Shown here: one piece after another, positions 7,654 to 17,780 of the stretch
Numbering within the stretch: the stretch's first letter is position 1
Layout: the number at the start of each line of letters is the position of its first letter
DNA from: an uncultured Clostridia bacterium
Lineage (GTDB): Bacteria > Bacillota > Clostridia > Christensenellales > UBA1242
Reading direction: 5' to 3'
Assembly: GCA_944384485.1 (NCBI GenBank)
Contig: CALWTO010000032.1
Location: forward strand, 1-35,926
DNA length: 35,926 bases
Translations under genes and position numbers: made by a program
Notes under the pieces: generated by a model
Database searches by the model: none
Seen by the model: the letters and a program-made list of their open reading frames with translations, nothing else
Told to the model about the DNA's origin: nothing

Positions 7654-8928
7654 TTATTTGTTTTTAGATTTAATAAAATCCAATAATTTTGTCATAACAA
7701 TGTTGTTTTCGAAATAAGCGTAATCATTTGGAGATAAATTCTTTTTTAATTCATCTAAATTCATACCATATTGACTTGCATATTCAGCAATTTTAGCATC
7801 TAGTTCTTCACTTGTTGCCACAATGTTATTTTTAGAAATAATTTTTTGAAGAACAAGTCTAGTTTTGATATTTTTAGAAGCATCATCTTCTCTTTCTTTC
7901 TTAAATTCTTCAAGAGATTTTCCGATGTAAGACAAATAATCTTCCATCTTCATGCCTTGATGAGAAAGTCTATGAGCAAAATCTTCTACCATATGACTTA
8001 CTTCATGTTCTACCATAGAATAAGGTATTTCTACATTACATCTATCAACAATTTCATCAATCAATGCCACTTCAAAATCTCTTTCAGCTTTTTCTTCTTC
8101 TTGCTTTAAAAGATTTTCTTTAATTGATTTTTTATATTCTTCTAAAGTTTCAATTTCAGTAGTATCAGCTACAAATTTTTCTTTTATTTCTGGCAAAACT
8201 TTCTTTTCTACTTTTTTAACAGTTACTTTAAAAACTGCAGGTTTTCCCTTAAGATTTTCAGCGCCATAATTTTCAGGGAAAACAACATTGATATCTTTTG
8301 TTTCACCTTTTTTCATACCAACAACTTGTTCTTCAAATCCTTCAATAAAAGTATGAGAACCAAGTTCCAATCTATAATCTTCAGCGGTTCCACCATCAAA
8401 TTTAACTCCATCTATAGAACCAGAAAAATCTATTGTTGCAAAATCACCATTTTGGCAAGCACTGTCTTCTTCAACAAATCTTGCATGTTTTTCTTGCTCT
8501 ATTTTAAGTTCTTGTTCAATTTGACTTTCTTCAACTTTAACTTCTTGTTTTTTAGATTTTAAATTACTTAAATCACCAATAACAATTTCTGGCATAAGGT
8601 CAAAAGTTAATGTTGCTTCTATTCCCGAATCAACTGTAAAAGAATCCATTTGAACTCTTGGATAAGACGCTGGAACAACTTCTTTATTTTCAGTCAAAAA
8701 CTTGTTATATTCTTGATTGATAACATTTTCAAATGCATCATCAAAAAATACAGTGTCACCATAAGTTTGTTCTATAACCTTTTTAGGTGCTTTACCTTTT
8801 CTAAAACCTTGAACAGTAAATTTGCTTTTTGTTTTTTCATAAACTTCGTTTACCGCTTTTTCCCAGTTTTCTTTTGAAATTCTAATTTTTAAAATTCCTT
8901 GTTTTTCTTTTTTTTCGTAAGTATACAT
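7654..8928 (-). CDS. tig: Trigger factor
   Basis: GFRKGKAP ribosome-binding motif and FKBP domain (IDFSG..DG..FDGG, FIEGFEEQ). ATG at 8928 follows SD AAGGAG. Confidence 0.95.
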   Translation of the reverse strand: MYTYEKKEKQGILKIRISKENWEKAVNEVYEKTKSKFTVQGFRKGKAPKKVIEQTYGDTVFFDDAFENVINQEYNKFLTENKEVVPASYPRVQMDSFTVDSGIEATLTFDLMPEIVIGDLSNLKSKKQEVKVEESQIEQELKIEQEKHARFVEEDSACQNGDFATIDFSGSIDGVKFDGGTAEDYRLELGSHTFIEGFEEQVVGMKKGETKDINVVFPENYGAENLKGKPAVFKVTVKKVEKKVLPEIKEKFVADTTEIETLEEYKKSIKENLLKQEEEKAERDFEVALIDEIVDRCNVEIPYSMVEHEVSHMVEDFAHRLSHQGMKMEDYLSYIGKSLEEFKKEREDDASKNIKTRLVLQKIISKNNIVATSEELDAKIAEYASQYGMNLDELKKNLSPNDYAYFENNIVMTKLLDFIKSKNK

Positions 8929-8954
8929 ATTTTTCTCCTTTTTGTCTGCAAGAA

Positions 8955-8983
8955 AGTTTATCACAAAATGAAAATTTTATCAA
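8955..8983 (-). promoter_or_regulatory. Sigma-A-like promoter of tig-clpP-clpX
   Basis: TTGATA, 17 nt, TAAACT, with extended -10 TG. Confidence 0.55.
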
Positions 8984-9069
8984 CTAATTTGACAATAAAA
9001 AAGAGAATTAGCCATTCCCTTTATTGTCGAAACATGTTTAATAGAATTTTTTTTCAAAATTGCCATGTG

Positions 9070-9450
9070 TTAAAATAATTTACCAGTAAAGAAAAGGCTT
9101 ACGCAAGTAATTAACAATGTAGCAACTAAAATCATTTTTAAAATTTCAAAGATTTTCTCTTTTCTTAAAGTTTTTTTAAATTCAGCAAAATATTTGTCAT
9201 TATTATTCTCAATATCTTCTAAATTAATACTTGTGGAATTTACAATTTGAGCACAATAAATTTTATACTTTTCATTAATATCTTTATGAAAATCATAAAT
9301 ATATGTTTTAATTAAAACAAAAAGCCAATACAAACATATGGCAACAAGCGCAACTAATGAAAAATAAGCAAAACCAGTCCAAACAGTTCTTAACAATCCA
9401 AAGACTGCTACTAAAATTGCTAATACTGCGGTAACTATAAAATTAATCAT
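9070..9450 (-). CDS. Hypothetical membrane protein (about 3 TM)
   Basis: Two N-terminal hydrophobic segments and one C-terminal; operonic spacing after the gene at 9460. Confidence 0.75.
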   Translation of the reverse strand: MINFIVTAVLAILVAVFGLLRTVWTGFAYFSLVALVAICLYWLFVLIKTYIYDFHKDINEKYKIYCAQIVNSTSINLEDIENNNDKYFAEFKKTLRKEKIFEILKMILVATLLITCVSLFFTGKLF

Positions 9451-9459
9451 ATGAAATCC

Positions 9460-9765
9460 TTAAAATACTCTTAAAATGTATAACACCACTATTGTAACAA
9501 CAAATATTACATAACAAACCAACCATGCTTTATTCGGGTGAGTTTTCACCCAAAAAAAAGCAAGAAAAATTGAAATTAAATATGCAATAACTTCCCCTAT
9601 TGTTCTAAAAACATTTGAAAGTGTTACATCGTTTTCAAAAACTAAAGTTAAAATTAAAGCAATTGCAATGCAGCCAATACCTATAAAAGCAATAAATGAC
9701 AAAACCGAATTAAAATTAATTTTTTTTGAATTTTTATTTTCTTGTAGATTATTATTTAGCATCAC
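9460..9765 (-). CDS. Hypothetical membrane protein (about 3 TM)
   Basis: Three hydrophobic segments; SD AAGGAG overlaps the gap stop. The start may be 9765 (GTG) or 9762 (ATG). Confidence 0.75.
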   Translation of the reverse strand: MMLNNNLQENKNSKKINFNSVLSFIAFIGIGCIAIALILTLVFENDVTLSNVFRTIGEVIAYLISIFLAFFWVKTHPNKAWLVCYVIFVVTIVVLYILRVF

Positions 9766-9771
9766 TTCTCC

Positions 9772-10785
<1,014 letters not shown>

Positions 10786-11565
10786 TTAATCCTTTTCAAT
10801 TATTTTTGCCTGTTCTACATTTTTTTTGCCAACTTTATTGTTAAATATCATCATCATTATCAAAAGAATTGAAGTAAATATGCACAATATATCGACACAC
10901 ACAATTAACAATCCAATTATAAAGTTTATATTAACAAAAATAGAAATTAAAGTTGTAAACAAAACTGCAAAAGCAATTAAAATGCCTACCATAACACTAT
11001 AAATCAAATTTTGTTTTTTATCTACAGGATAACCAACCTTATTTTTATCATCTAAATCAATGGTTTGCTCAGTAATTCCTCTCCATCTATTTACCCTAGA
11101 ATTGTAACTAATATTTCCTGTCTGTATTAATACATCTGCCAAATCTTCATTAAACATTATCACACTTGTATCACCTTCGTAAAAAGCAACACCAAAAAAC
11201 AATTTTACTACTGCATGCCAAATTTTTGTGAAGAAAGCCGCAAATCTATTTTTAGGTTGTATTTTTTGAACAACAATTTTTTCTTTTGTAAAAATAACTT
11301 TTTCAAAATCCTTTTTAGACAAAGGTTTTCTTAAAATTAAGATTTTACCCGCTAGAACAAATTTCCCGAGTGCATTTAAAATTTCTTCTTTATTTGCACC
11401 ATTTTCAAAAACAAAATAATTTACATTATCTTCCTTTACAACTTTTTCATTTAAACTCTCTGTTATTCCTACAATGATATTAACATCACTATACATAGAA
11501 ATTGATGTAATCATTTTTGAATAATCTTGTAAATTTTCAGTTATAGGAATCAAAACATTTATCAT
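10786..11565 (-). CDS. Membrane protein resembling a degenerate GT2 (GtrB/ArnC-like) glycosyltransferase
   Basis: N-terminal INVLIP, an amphipathic helix, GD..V.MF, RW.G and two C-terminal TM helices. No DDGS or DxD motif. Confidence 0.55.
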   Translation of the reverse strand: MINVLIPITENLQDYSKMITSISMYSDVNIIVGITESLNEKVVKEDNVNYFVFENGANKEEILNALGKFVLAGKILILRKPLSKKDFEKVIFTKEKIVVQKIQPKNRFAAFFTKIWHAVVKLFFGVAFYEGDTSVIMFNEDLADVLIQTGNISYNSRVNRWRGITEQTIDLDDKNKVGYPVDKKQNLIYSVMVGILIAFAVLFTTLISIFVNINFIIGLLIVCVDILCIFTSILLIMMMIFNNKVGKKNVEQAKIIEKD

Positions 11566-11575
11566 AAAAACTCCT

Positions 11576-12001
11576 TTAACTCATCTTTTTTACTCGTCTT
11601 GCGTGTCTACCGCCTTCAAAATCTGTAGTCAAAAATATTTTAACTATTTTTATCGCTTTTTTAGGTTTTGTAAATCTTCCACCCAAACATAAAACATTTG
11701 CATCATTGTGCATACGCGCAAGAGAAGCATCCGTTTCGTTTCTACATAAAGCCGCTCTTATTTTAGGATTGCGATTAGCAGCCATACTCATACCAATTCC
11801 TGAACCACAAACATAAATACCAACATTTCTAGGATCTTCAAGAACTTTAATATTTCCTGCTTTGGCAAAATCAGGATAGTCATCAACCTGTTCTCTAGAA
11901 TAGCATCCAACATCAATAGCAATTATATTTTCTTTGTTAAAAAATTTTTTTATTTCTTCCTTTAAAAGATAACCTGCATGGTCACTTGCTAAAATAATCA
12001 T
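11576..12001 (-). CDS. rpiB: Ribose-5-phosphate isomerase B
   Basis: SDHAG, DYPD, CGSGIGMSMAAN, HNDANVLCLGGR and FEGGRH.RR. Confidence 0.97.
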   Translation of the reverse strand: MIILASDHAGYLLKEEIKKFFNKENIIAIDVGCYSREQVDDYPDFAKAGNIKVLEDPRNVGIYVCGSGIGMSMAANRNPKIRAALCRNETDASLARMHNDANVLCLGGRFTKPKKAIKIVKIFLTTDFEGGRHARRVKKMS

Positions 12002-12426
12002 AATTTTCTCCCCGCTTCAATTTTATTTAAAAGTATCTTAATGCCTTTATCAATCTCATTTAAAGTTTTTTCATAAACTTCTTCATCTTTTCCATAAGGA
12101 TCAATGATAGGCTCACCAATTAAATCTTCAAAACTTAAAACCTTGCTAGAATTAATAAATTTTTTCATATTGTTGTTCATAACAACATATAAAGTATTTT
12201 TATCAATTTTTCCAAGTTTTACACTTTTTCTATTAGAAGAAAGTGCTTGATGTTTTTTTAAAACTTTTTTTGCATTTTCTGCAATATTTTCGCCATTTGA
12301 TTGTAATCCTCGAGATAAAACTTTTAAATCATTTAATTGATTTTCTTTAATGTACTTTTTTGTCAATCTCTCAGCCATTATAGAACGACAAGTATTGCCA
12401 GAACATATAAAGCAAATTTTAATCAT
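11998..12426 (-). CDS. Low-molecular-weight protein tyrosine/arginine phosphatase (YwlE-like)
   Basis: CSGNTCRS P-loop and IDPYG; the position upstream of rpiB is the usual Bacillota context. Confidence 0.9.
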   Translation of the reverse strand: MIKICFICSGNTCRSIMAERLTKKYIKENQLNDLKVLSRGLQSNGENIAENAKKVLKKHQALSSNRKSVKLGKIDKNTLYVVMNNNMKKFINSSKVLSFEDLIGEPIIDPYGKDEEVYEKTLNEIDKGIKILLNKIEAGRKL

Positions 12427-12508
12427 TGTTTTTTCTCACTTTGAAATAGTTTAACATAAATAAAGAAAAAAACAAAAGATTTTGACAAATTTACAAATAA
12501 TAAAATAA

Positions 12509-12537
12509 AAAACTGCTTTGAATCGCAAAACAGTTTT
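12509..12537 (-). terminator. Possible terminator after rsfS
   Basis: Imperfect AAAACTG...CAGTTTT inverted repeat. Confidence 0.4.
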
Positions 12538-12907
12538 ATTTTTTTTCTTTCTTTTTAGTATTAACTTTTTTCTTGCCTACTACTTCTTTAATTATTCCTT
12601 CCACTTTTTCTTTTTGCCAAAGTTTTTCAAGATTAAACTTTTCTCGTACGTTAGGAATAAAACAATTTAAAATGATATCATTAAAGTCAAATACTATCCA
12701 TTCTCCTTTGCTGTATCCTTCAGGAAAACCTTCAAGTTTAAAATCATTTATAATTTTATCTGCAAGTTTTTTATTTTCAATAACGTTTGGTAATGAAGCA
12801 ACAATTATGTTGCAATCTTGCCCATCAATTGTTGTTTTAAAAATCGCTATATCTTTACATTTTTGTTCTATAAGGTATTGATGAAAATTTTGAATTATAG
12901 TTTCCAC
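12536..12907 (-). CDS. rsfS: Ribosome silencing factor RsfS/Iojap (divergent)
   Basis: EG...GEWIVFDFNDIILNCF....REKFNLEKLW matches the RsfS C-terminal signature; GTG start. Confidence 0.8.
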   Translation of the reverse strand: METIIQNFHQYLIEQKCKDIAIFKTTIDGQDCNIIVASLPNVIENKKLADKIINDFKLEGFPEGYSKGEWIVFDFNDIILNCFIPNVREKFNLEKLWQKEKVEGIIKEVVGKKKVNTKKKEKK

Positions 12908-12938
12908 AAAGCCCCCTTTGTAAATTTAATCTTTAACT

Positions 12939-12967
12939 AATATAGTACACAAAAAAAAATTTGTCAA
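12939..12967 (-). promoter_or_regulatory. Sigma-A promoter of rsfS
   Basis: TTGACA, 17 nt, TATATT. Confidence 0.65.
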
Positions 12968-13008
12968 ATTTTTTGTCTAATTTTAAAATTTCTGTCAATA
13001 AAAAATAT

Positions 13009-13815
13009 ATGAAAGTTATGTTAAAGGTATTACAATTGTTAATTAAAGCAAGCATAATATTTAGTTTATTTTTTATTTGGTTAAGATTTTATATAACTCC
13101 TGCGTGGAAAACAATAAGTTTAGCAATATTTTTCACCATAGTATTAATGCTTATTCTTTCAAATTTTGAAAAAAACAAAAAGACAAAAATTTTCTTAAAA
13201 ACAAAAGAGCAACAAGAGGCAGAACAAATGTTTGAATTTCTTATAAAAAACCAAGATTTTAATTTTTTTTATAACCTTGCTAAACAAAGAAACTCAAATA
13301 TTGAAAGCCACAAAAGTTTTCAAACAATAATTACACAAGAAAATAATAAAATAATTTTATATCCGCATCTTAAAATACAATCATTGAACAAAGATGAAGT
13401 TATAAAAATTGTTACAAAATTAAAAAAATATTCAAAAGATAAATTGGTGATTTGTTGCAACTCGTATGAAAAAGATATAGAAAATTTTACAAAACAATTT
13501 GATTTTGAGATATTAGTTCTTGACAAATATTCAACTTATCAATATCTATTTAAAGAATATGATTTTTACCCAAACATACCAACAAAAATTGAAAAATCTA
13601 CCAAAACAAAATTAAAAGAAATAATAGATTATTCCTTTAGCAAAAGCAAAGCAAAATCTTACTTTTTTTCAGCAATCTTTTTACTTGCCATAAGTTTCAC
13701 AATAAACACAAATTTATACTATTGTATAATTGCATCAATTTTAACAATGTTTTCTCTTATATGTCTTTTAAAACCAACAAAAAAACAACAAAAAATTTCA
13801 AATATCTTTTTATAA
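13009..13815 (+). CDS. Hypothetical membrane protein (2 TM, soluble domain, 2 TM), possibly an inactive Mrr/restriction-endonuclease-like fold
   Basis: Hydrophobic pairs at both ends. LVICCNSYEKDIENFTKQFDFEILVLD recalls the C-terminal strands of Mrr_cat. Start uncertain (12961 TTG, 13009 or 13018 ATG). Confidence 0.6.
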   Translation: MKVMLKVLQLLIKASIIFSLFFIWLRFYITPAWKTISLAIFFTIVLMLILSNFEKNKKTKIFLKTKEQQEAEQMFEFLIKNQDFNFFYNLAKQRNSNIESHKSFQTIITQENNKIILYPHLKIQSLNKDEVIKIVTKLKKYSKDKLVICCNSYEKDIENFTKQFDFEILVLDKYSTYQYLFKEYDFYPNIPTKIEKSTKTKLKEIIDYSFSKSKAKSYFFSAIFLLAISFTINTNLYYCIIASILTMFSLICLLKPTKKQQKISNIFL

Positions 13816-13953
13816 AAATTAAAAAATCACTTTTTTATCTTTACTTAAATATTTATTTTTAGTTTGTAAATTTTCTTATACTTATTTTTTTAATAGCGTT
13901 ATTCATTTATAAACAATTATAATTAAATTAATCATTTTTTTTAACTAAATTAT

Positions 13954-13979
13954 AAAAACTGCACAACGTGCAGTCTTTT
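13954..13979 (-). terminator. Intrinsic terminator of the WG-repeat unit
   Basis: ACTGCAC-GTT-GTGCAGT-TTTT on the minus strand. Confidence 0.8.
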
Positions 13980-14079
13980 ATTTTTCGTTTAAATGTTTTT
14001 TTATAAAATTATTATCAAAAAAATCTTCTATTAAATTAATTAATTGTTTTTTATTTTTTTCAAGTTCTTCTTTTTCCAT
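13978..14079 (-). CDS. Putative 33-aa small protein, absent from the ORF track
   Basis: SD AAGGAG overlaps the upstream stop. Reads MEKEELEKNKKQLINLIEDFFDNNFIKKHLNEK*, and its stop abuts the terminator. Confidence 0.55.
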   Translation of the reverse strand: MEKEELEKNKKQLINLIEDFFDNNFIKKHLNEK

Positions 14080-14142
14080 AAAATCTCCTTATGCAAAAAA
14101 GTTATCTATCTCATTCGAAAAATTGTTTTTTATTTTTTTCAA
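14042..14142. repeat. 22-bp exact direct repeat with 79-bp period
   Basis: AATTGTTTTTTATTTTTTTCAA occurs at 14042-14063 and 14121-14142. Confidence 0.75.
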
Positions 14143-15372
14143 ATCTTCTTCTCTTTCTTCTTTCATTTTACTAAAAAATTTTCCCAATTGCTCTTTAACT
14201 TTTGTATTTTTTTCTTCTATTAAATTCATTATATCTCTAACATAATTGGTTTCAGATTTTAATTCAGTATGATTGTCTACTTCTATTATTCTTTTTTTCA
14301 ATTTTTCTTTTATGATATTGTTAACTCTGGAAATAAATTCTTCATCTTCAAATTTATGAAAAGGTATATATTTATACATATATTGTTTCTCCGTTATATA
14401 CTCTTCCCATTCATTATTACTTAAGCACAAATTTCCTTCCTTATCAACACTGGTCAAACGATCATCTTCTAATTTAACATTTGCAAATCCTTCTTTATAA
14501 TCTTCAGCAAATTTAAATCTACCTTCTTGAAGTTTGCTATTTTCATCAATGTATCCCCAAGTAAATTCATCAAGTTTTACTGCAGCAAAACCTTCACTAA
14601 AATTATCTATATACTCAAATTTCCCTTCTTGTATTTTTCCTTGTTTATCAATAATAACCCAATTATTATTTTCTAATTTTACAATAGCATGTCCGTTGTG
14701 AAAATCGTGGACAGCTTCATATCGCCCTTCTTGAAGATTTCCATTTTTATCTATAAAACCCCACTTTCCATCATCTAATTGAACTGCAGCAAAGCCTTCA
14801 TGATAACTAGAAACATTATCAAACACACCATTTTGAAGATTTCCTTCTTTGTTTATAAAATACCATTTTTTATTTTGAGCTTGTACAGCGGCAAAACCTT
14901 CGCTGTAATCAAGAGCTTGAATATACCTGCCATCTTGAATATTTCCATGAATATCTATAAAAGCATAATTAACTTTAATAGAAGGCCATTTCCCCTCTCT
15001 TATTTTAACTGCAGCAAAACCTTCATGAAAATTACGAACTGTTTCATATGGCACTTCTATTAATCGTCCCTCTTTGTCAGCAAAGGCACACTTTCCACCT
15101 TTTAAACGAACAGCAGAAAAACCTTCGTTGTAGCTATTGGCAAATTCATACTCTCCATCTAAAAGCCTTCCCTCTTTGTTAATAAAAGAATATTTTCCAT
15201 CTTGTCTTTGAACAACTGCAAAACCTTCGCTAAAACTTTCAGCTTTTTTATATCTTCCTTCTAAAAGTTTTCCATAGGTATCCATAAATGCCCACTCATC
15301 ATTATCTAGCAAAACTCGAGCCAAACCTTCTTTATACTCATAAATTTTTTTAATTCCATTTGCTATTCTCAT
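14089..15372 (-). CDS. WG (KWG-Leptospira-type) repeat protein with helical C-terminal domain
   Basis: Nine units of about 34 aa with consensus (F/Y).EGFA.V....GKW.FI.K.G.LQ.G.(Y/F). No signal peptide. Confidence 0.9.
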   Translation of the reverse strand: MRIANGIKKIYEYKEGLARVLLDNDEWAFMDTYGKLLEGRYKKAESFSEGFAVVQRQDGKYSFINKEGRLLDGEYEFANSYNEGFSAVRLKGGKCAFADKEGRLIEVPYETVRNFHEGFAAVKIREGKWPSIKVNYAFIDIHGNIQDGRYIQALDYSEGFAAVQAQNKKWYFINKEGNLQNGVFDNVSSYHEGFAAVQLDDGKWGFIDKNGNLQEGRYEAVHDFHNGHAIVKLENNNWVIIDKQGKIQEGKFEYIDNFSEGFAAVKLDEFTWGYIDENSKLQEGRFKFAEDYKEGFANVKLEDDRLTSVDKEGNLCLSNNEWEEYITEKQYMYKYIPFHKFEDEEFISRVNNIIKEKLKKRIIEVDNHTELKSETNYVRDIMNLIEEKNTKVKEQLGKFFSKMKEEREEDLKKIKNNFSNEIDNFFA

Positions 15373-15403
15373 AGATTTTCCTTCTTTTTAATTAATTGAT
15401 TTT

Positions 15404-15432
15404 ATTGTAACAAATTTTTCATTTAATGTCAA
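15404..15432 (-). promoter_or_regulatory. Sigma-A promoter of the WG-repeat gene
   Basis: TTGACA, 17 nt, TACAAT, with extended -10 TG. Confidence 0.75.
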
Positions 15433-15443
15433 TATTAAATAAA

Positions 15444-15475
15444 AAAGTTATTGCTTTTATTTTTACAATAACTTT
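15444..15475 (-). terminator. Terminator after yhbY
   Basis: AAAGTTATTG...CAATAACTTT inverted repeat with a U-tract. Confidence 0.65.
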
Positions 15476-15779
15476 AAATAAGTTCAATGTGCTTAAAATC
15501 TTTTTTTGTGCTAAATTTATATACCACAACCATACTACCTATAACTTGAACAGGGAATGCGTTGAGTTTATTGCAAATTTCTTTGCAAATTTCTTTTGGT
15601 GAAAGTGGACAATTTTTTAAAACTTTGATTTTTATAAGTTCTCTTGCCTGTAAAAGAGCATCGATTGCGTCATATGAATTGTCTGTAAGACCTTCCTTGC
15701 CTATTTGCATAACACTATCAAGTGCATTTGCAAGACCTCTTAAATAAGCTCTTTGCTTTGTTGATATATTTTCAATCAT
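15474..15779 (-). CDS. yhbY: CRM-domain RNA-binding protein YhbY
   Basis: KQRAYLR, QIGKEG, RELIKIKVL and QVIG; downstream of obgE. Confidence 0.95.
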   Translation of the reverse strand: MIENISTKQRAYLRGLANALDSVMQIGKEGLTDNSYDAIDALLQARELIKIKVLKNCPLSPKEICKEICNKLNAFPVQVIGSMVVVYKFSTKKDFKHIELI

Positions 15780-15793
15780 AATTGCTCCTTTTA

Positions 15794-17062
15794 TTATTCA
15801 GTATACTCAAAAACAATGTCTTTTATTTGCACGCTATCGCCATTTTTTAATCCCTTTTCTTTAAGCATGTCAATAATCCCCATTTCTTTTAGTCTATTTT
15901 GGAAGTAAGCAAAAGAAACATTGTCAGAAAGCACAACCCCTCTTGTAAAATTATCAATTCTTCCACCTTCAACAACAAAAGTTCCATTATCAATTCTATA
16001 AATGTTGATAGAAGAAACATCTCTTGTATCAAAGTCGTTTTCTTCAATTTCAATAGCACTCTTTTTAGGCGTTTTTGAAAGTTTTTCAATAGTTACAAGT
16101 TTCAATTCTTCAATTCCTTGCATTGTCGCACCTGAAATTTTGATATAACTTACATTAATTTCTTTTTTAAATCTCTCTTCTCTTTCTTTCAGAGTTTCTT
16201 CATCAATTAAATCAATTTTTGATAAAACAGCAATTTGCGGAGTTTTACCAAGTTCTTTACTGTAATTTTCAAGTTCTTGATTTATTACTTTGTAATCTTC
16301 AATAAAATCACGACCATCACTTTCAGAGATGTCAACCAAATGCAATATCAATCTTACTCTTTCAACATGTTTTAAAAAGTAATGCCCAAGACCTTGTCCT
16401 TCACTTGCCCCCTCAATAAGTCCAGGAATATCTGCAACAACAAAAGTTTGACCTTTTACTTGGCATACTCCTAAATTTGGATATAAAGTTGTAAATGGAT
16501 AATTTGCAATCTTAGGATTTGCATTTGAAATACAAGAAAGTAAGGTCGATTTTCCAGCATTTGGGAAGCCTACAAGACCGACATCTGCAATAGTTTTTAG
16601 TTCCAAAATCACTTCTTTTTGAACTGTGGTTTCGCCCGTTTGTGAATAATGTGGAGCTTGTTTAATGGAAGATTTATAATAAGCATTTCCATGACCACCT
16701 TTGCCACCTTTTAGCGCAATAAACCTTGCGCCATTTTCATGCAAATCGGCAATAATTTTGTTTGTCTGTGCATCAATTAAAACTGTGCCACATGGAACCA
16801 TAATGACTTCATCTTTACCATTTGCCCCTGTCTGTAATTTTTTAGAGCCATCTTCACCATTTTGAGCGACAAACTTTTTCTTAAACTGAAAATTGTAAAG
16901 AGTATTTAAGTTTGAAGTTGCTTCAAAAATAATATCTCCACCTTTTCCACCTTCGCCACCGTCTGGGCCACCATTTGCTGTTTGAGCATTACGCAAAAAA
17001 GAGGTGGAACCTTTTCCGCCATTACCTGCTTTTATTGATATTTTTACTCTATCTAAAAACAT
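15794..17062 (-). CDS. obgE: GTPase ObgE/CgtA
   Basis: Gly-rich Obg fold, GFPNAGKST, YPFTTL, DIPGLIEGA and a C-terminal OCT domain. Confidence 0.97.
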   Translation of the reverse strand: MFLDRVKISIKAGNGGKGSTSFLRNAQTANGGPDGGEGGKGGDIIFEATSNLNTLYNFQFKKKFVAQNGEDGSKKLQTGANGKDEVIMVPCGTVLIDAQTNKIIADLHENGARFIALKGGKGGHGNAYYKSSIKQAPHYSQTGETTVQKEVILELKTIADVGLVGFPNAGKSTLLSCISNANPKIANYPFTTLYPNLGVCQVKGQTFVVADIPGLIEGASEGQGLGHYFLKHVERVRLILHLVDISESDGRDFIEDYKVINQELENYSKELGKTPQIAVLSKIDLIDEETLKEREERFKKEINVSYIKISGATMQGIEELKLVTIEKLSKTPKKSAIEIEENDFDTRDVSSINIYRIDNGTFVVEGGRIDNFTRGVVLSDNVSFAYFQNRLKEMGIIDMLKEKGLKNGDSVQIKDIVFEYTE

Positions 17063-17145
17063 AAGTTTACCTCTTTTTTAATCGCTTACCTTTAATTTGT
17101 ATTTATTATGTTTTGCATAATACTATATTTTGTGGTAGTATGCAC

Positions 17146-17772
17146 TTATTTATGTTTTTTATCACTTACACAAATTTCAAAAAATGGACAATTTTCACAT
17201 ATCGGTTTTTGACTTTTACAAATATATCTTCCAAACAAAACCATTTGTAAATGCAAAGTCGCCCAATCTTTTTTATCGAAAATCTTATTTAATTGTATTT
17301 CGCATTTTAATGGATTTTCAGTTTTGACTAACCCCAACCTATTTGATACCCTTAAAACATGAGTATCAACAGCAATTGCTTGGCCTTTAAAAAACTCACC
17401 GATAACTACATTTGCAGTTTTTCTACCAACACCCGCCAAGCTTTGCAAATCTTTTTCATCGCTAGGAACTTCACCATTAAATTTTTCAATCAAATCTTTC
17501 GTCATTGACAAAATGTTTTTTGCTTTATTATGATAAAAGCCACATGAACGAATTTTATCTTCAAGTTGTTCTTGCGTTAAAGACAAAATTTTCTCAGGTG
17601 CATCATATTTTTCAAACAATTTTTCGGTAACAATATTAACCCTTTTATCTGTGCATTGCGCTGACAAAATCACGGCAACCAATAGTTGATATGCAGTTTT
17701 ATATTTTAGTTCGCATCTTGGATTTGGAAACAATTTATCAAGTCCAGTTTTTATCTTTTCGGCAATAAGCAT
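17146..17772 (-). CDS. nth: Endonuclease III
   Basis: LSAQCTD, HhH motif LAGVGRKTANV, AVDTHV and a Cx6Cx2Cx5C Fe-S cluster. Confidence 0.97.
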   Translation of the reverse strand: MLIAEKIKTGLDKLFPNPRCELKYKTAYQLLVAVILSAQCTDKRVNIVTEKLFEKYDAPEKILSLTQEQLEDKIRSCGFYHNKAKNILSMTKDLIEKFNGEVPSDEKDLQSLAGVGRKTANVVIGEFFKGQAIAVDTHVLRVSNRLGLVKTENPLKCEIQLNKIFDKKDWATLHLQMVLFGRYICKSQKPICENCPFFEICVSDKKHK

Positions 17773-17780
17773 AACAGCCC

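Noticed and set aside
9025-9031. TGTCGAA Spo0A-box match upstream of tig (a similar match lies near 23996, upstream of rpsO)
   Set aside because: These are single 7-mers that also occur inside coding regions (clpP, yunB) and cannot be distinguished from chance.
13816-13950. Extremely AT-rich intergenic tract as an origin or small gene
   Set aside because: There is no DnaA-box cluster, and only very short ORFs without an SD.
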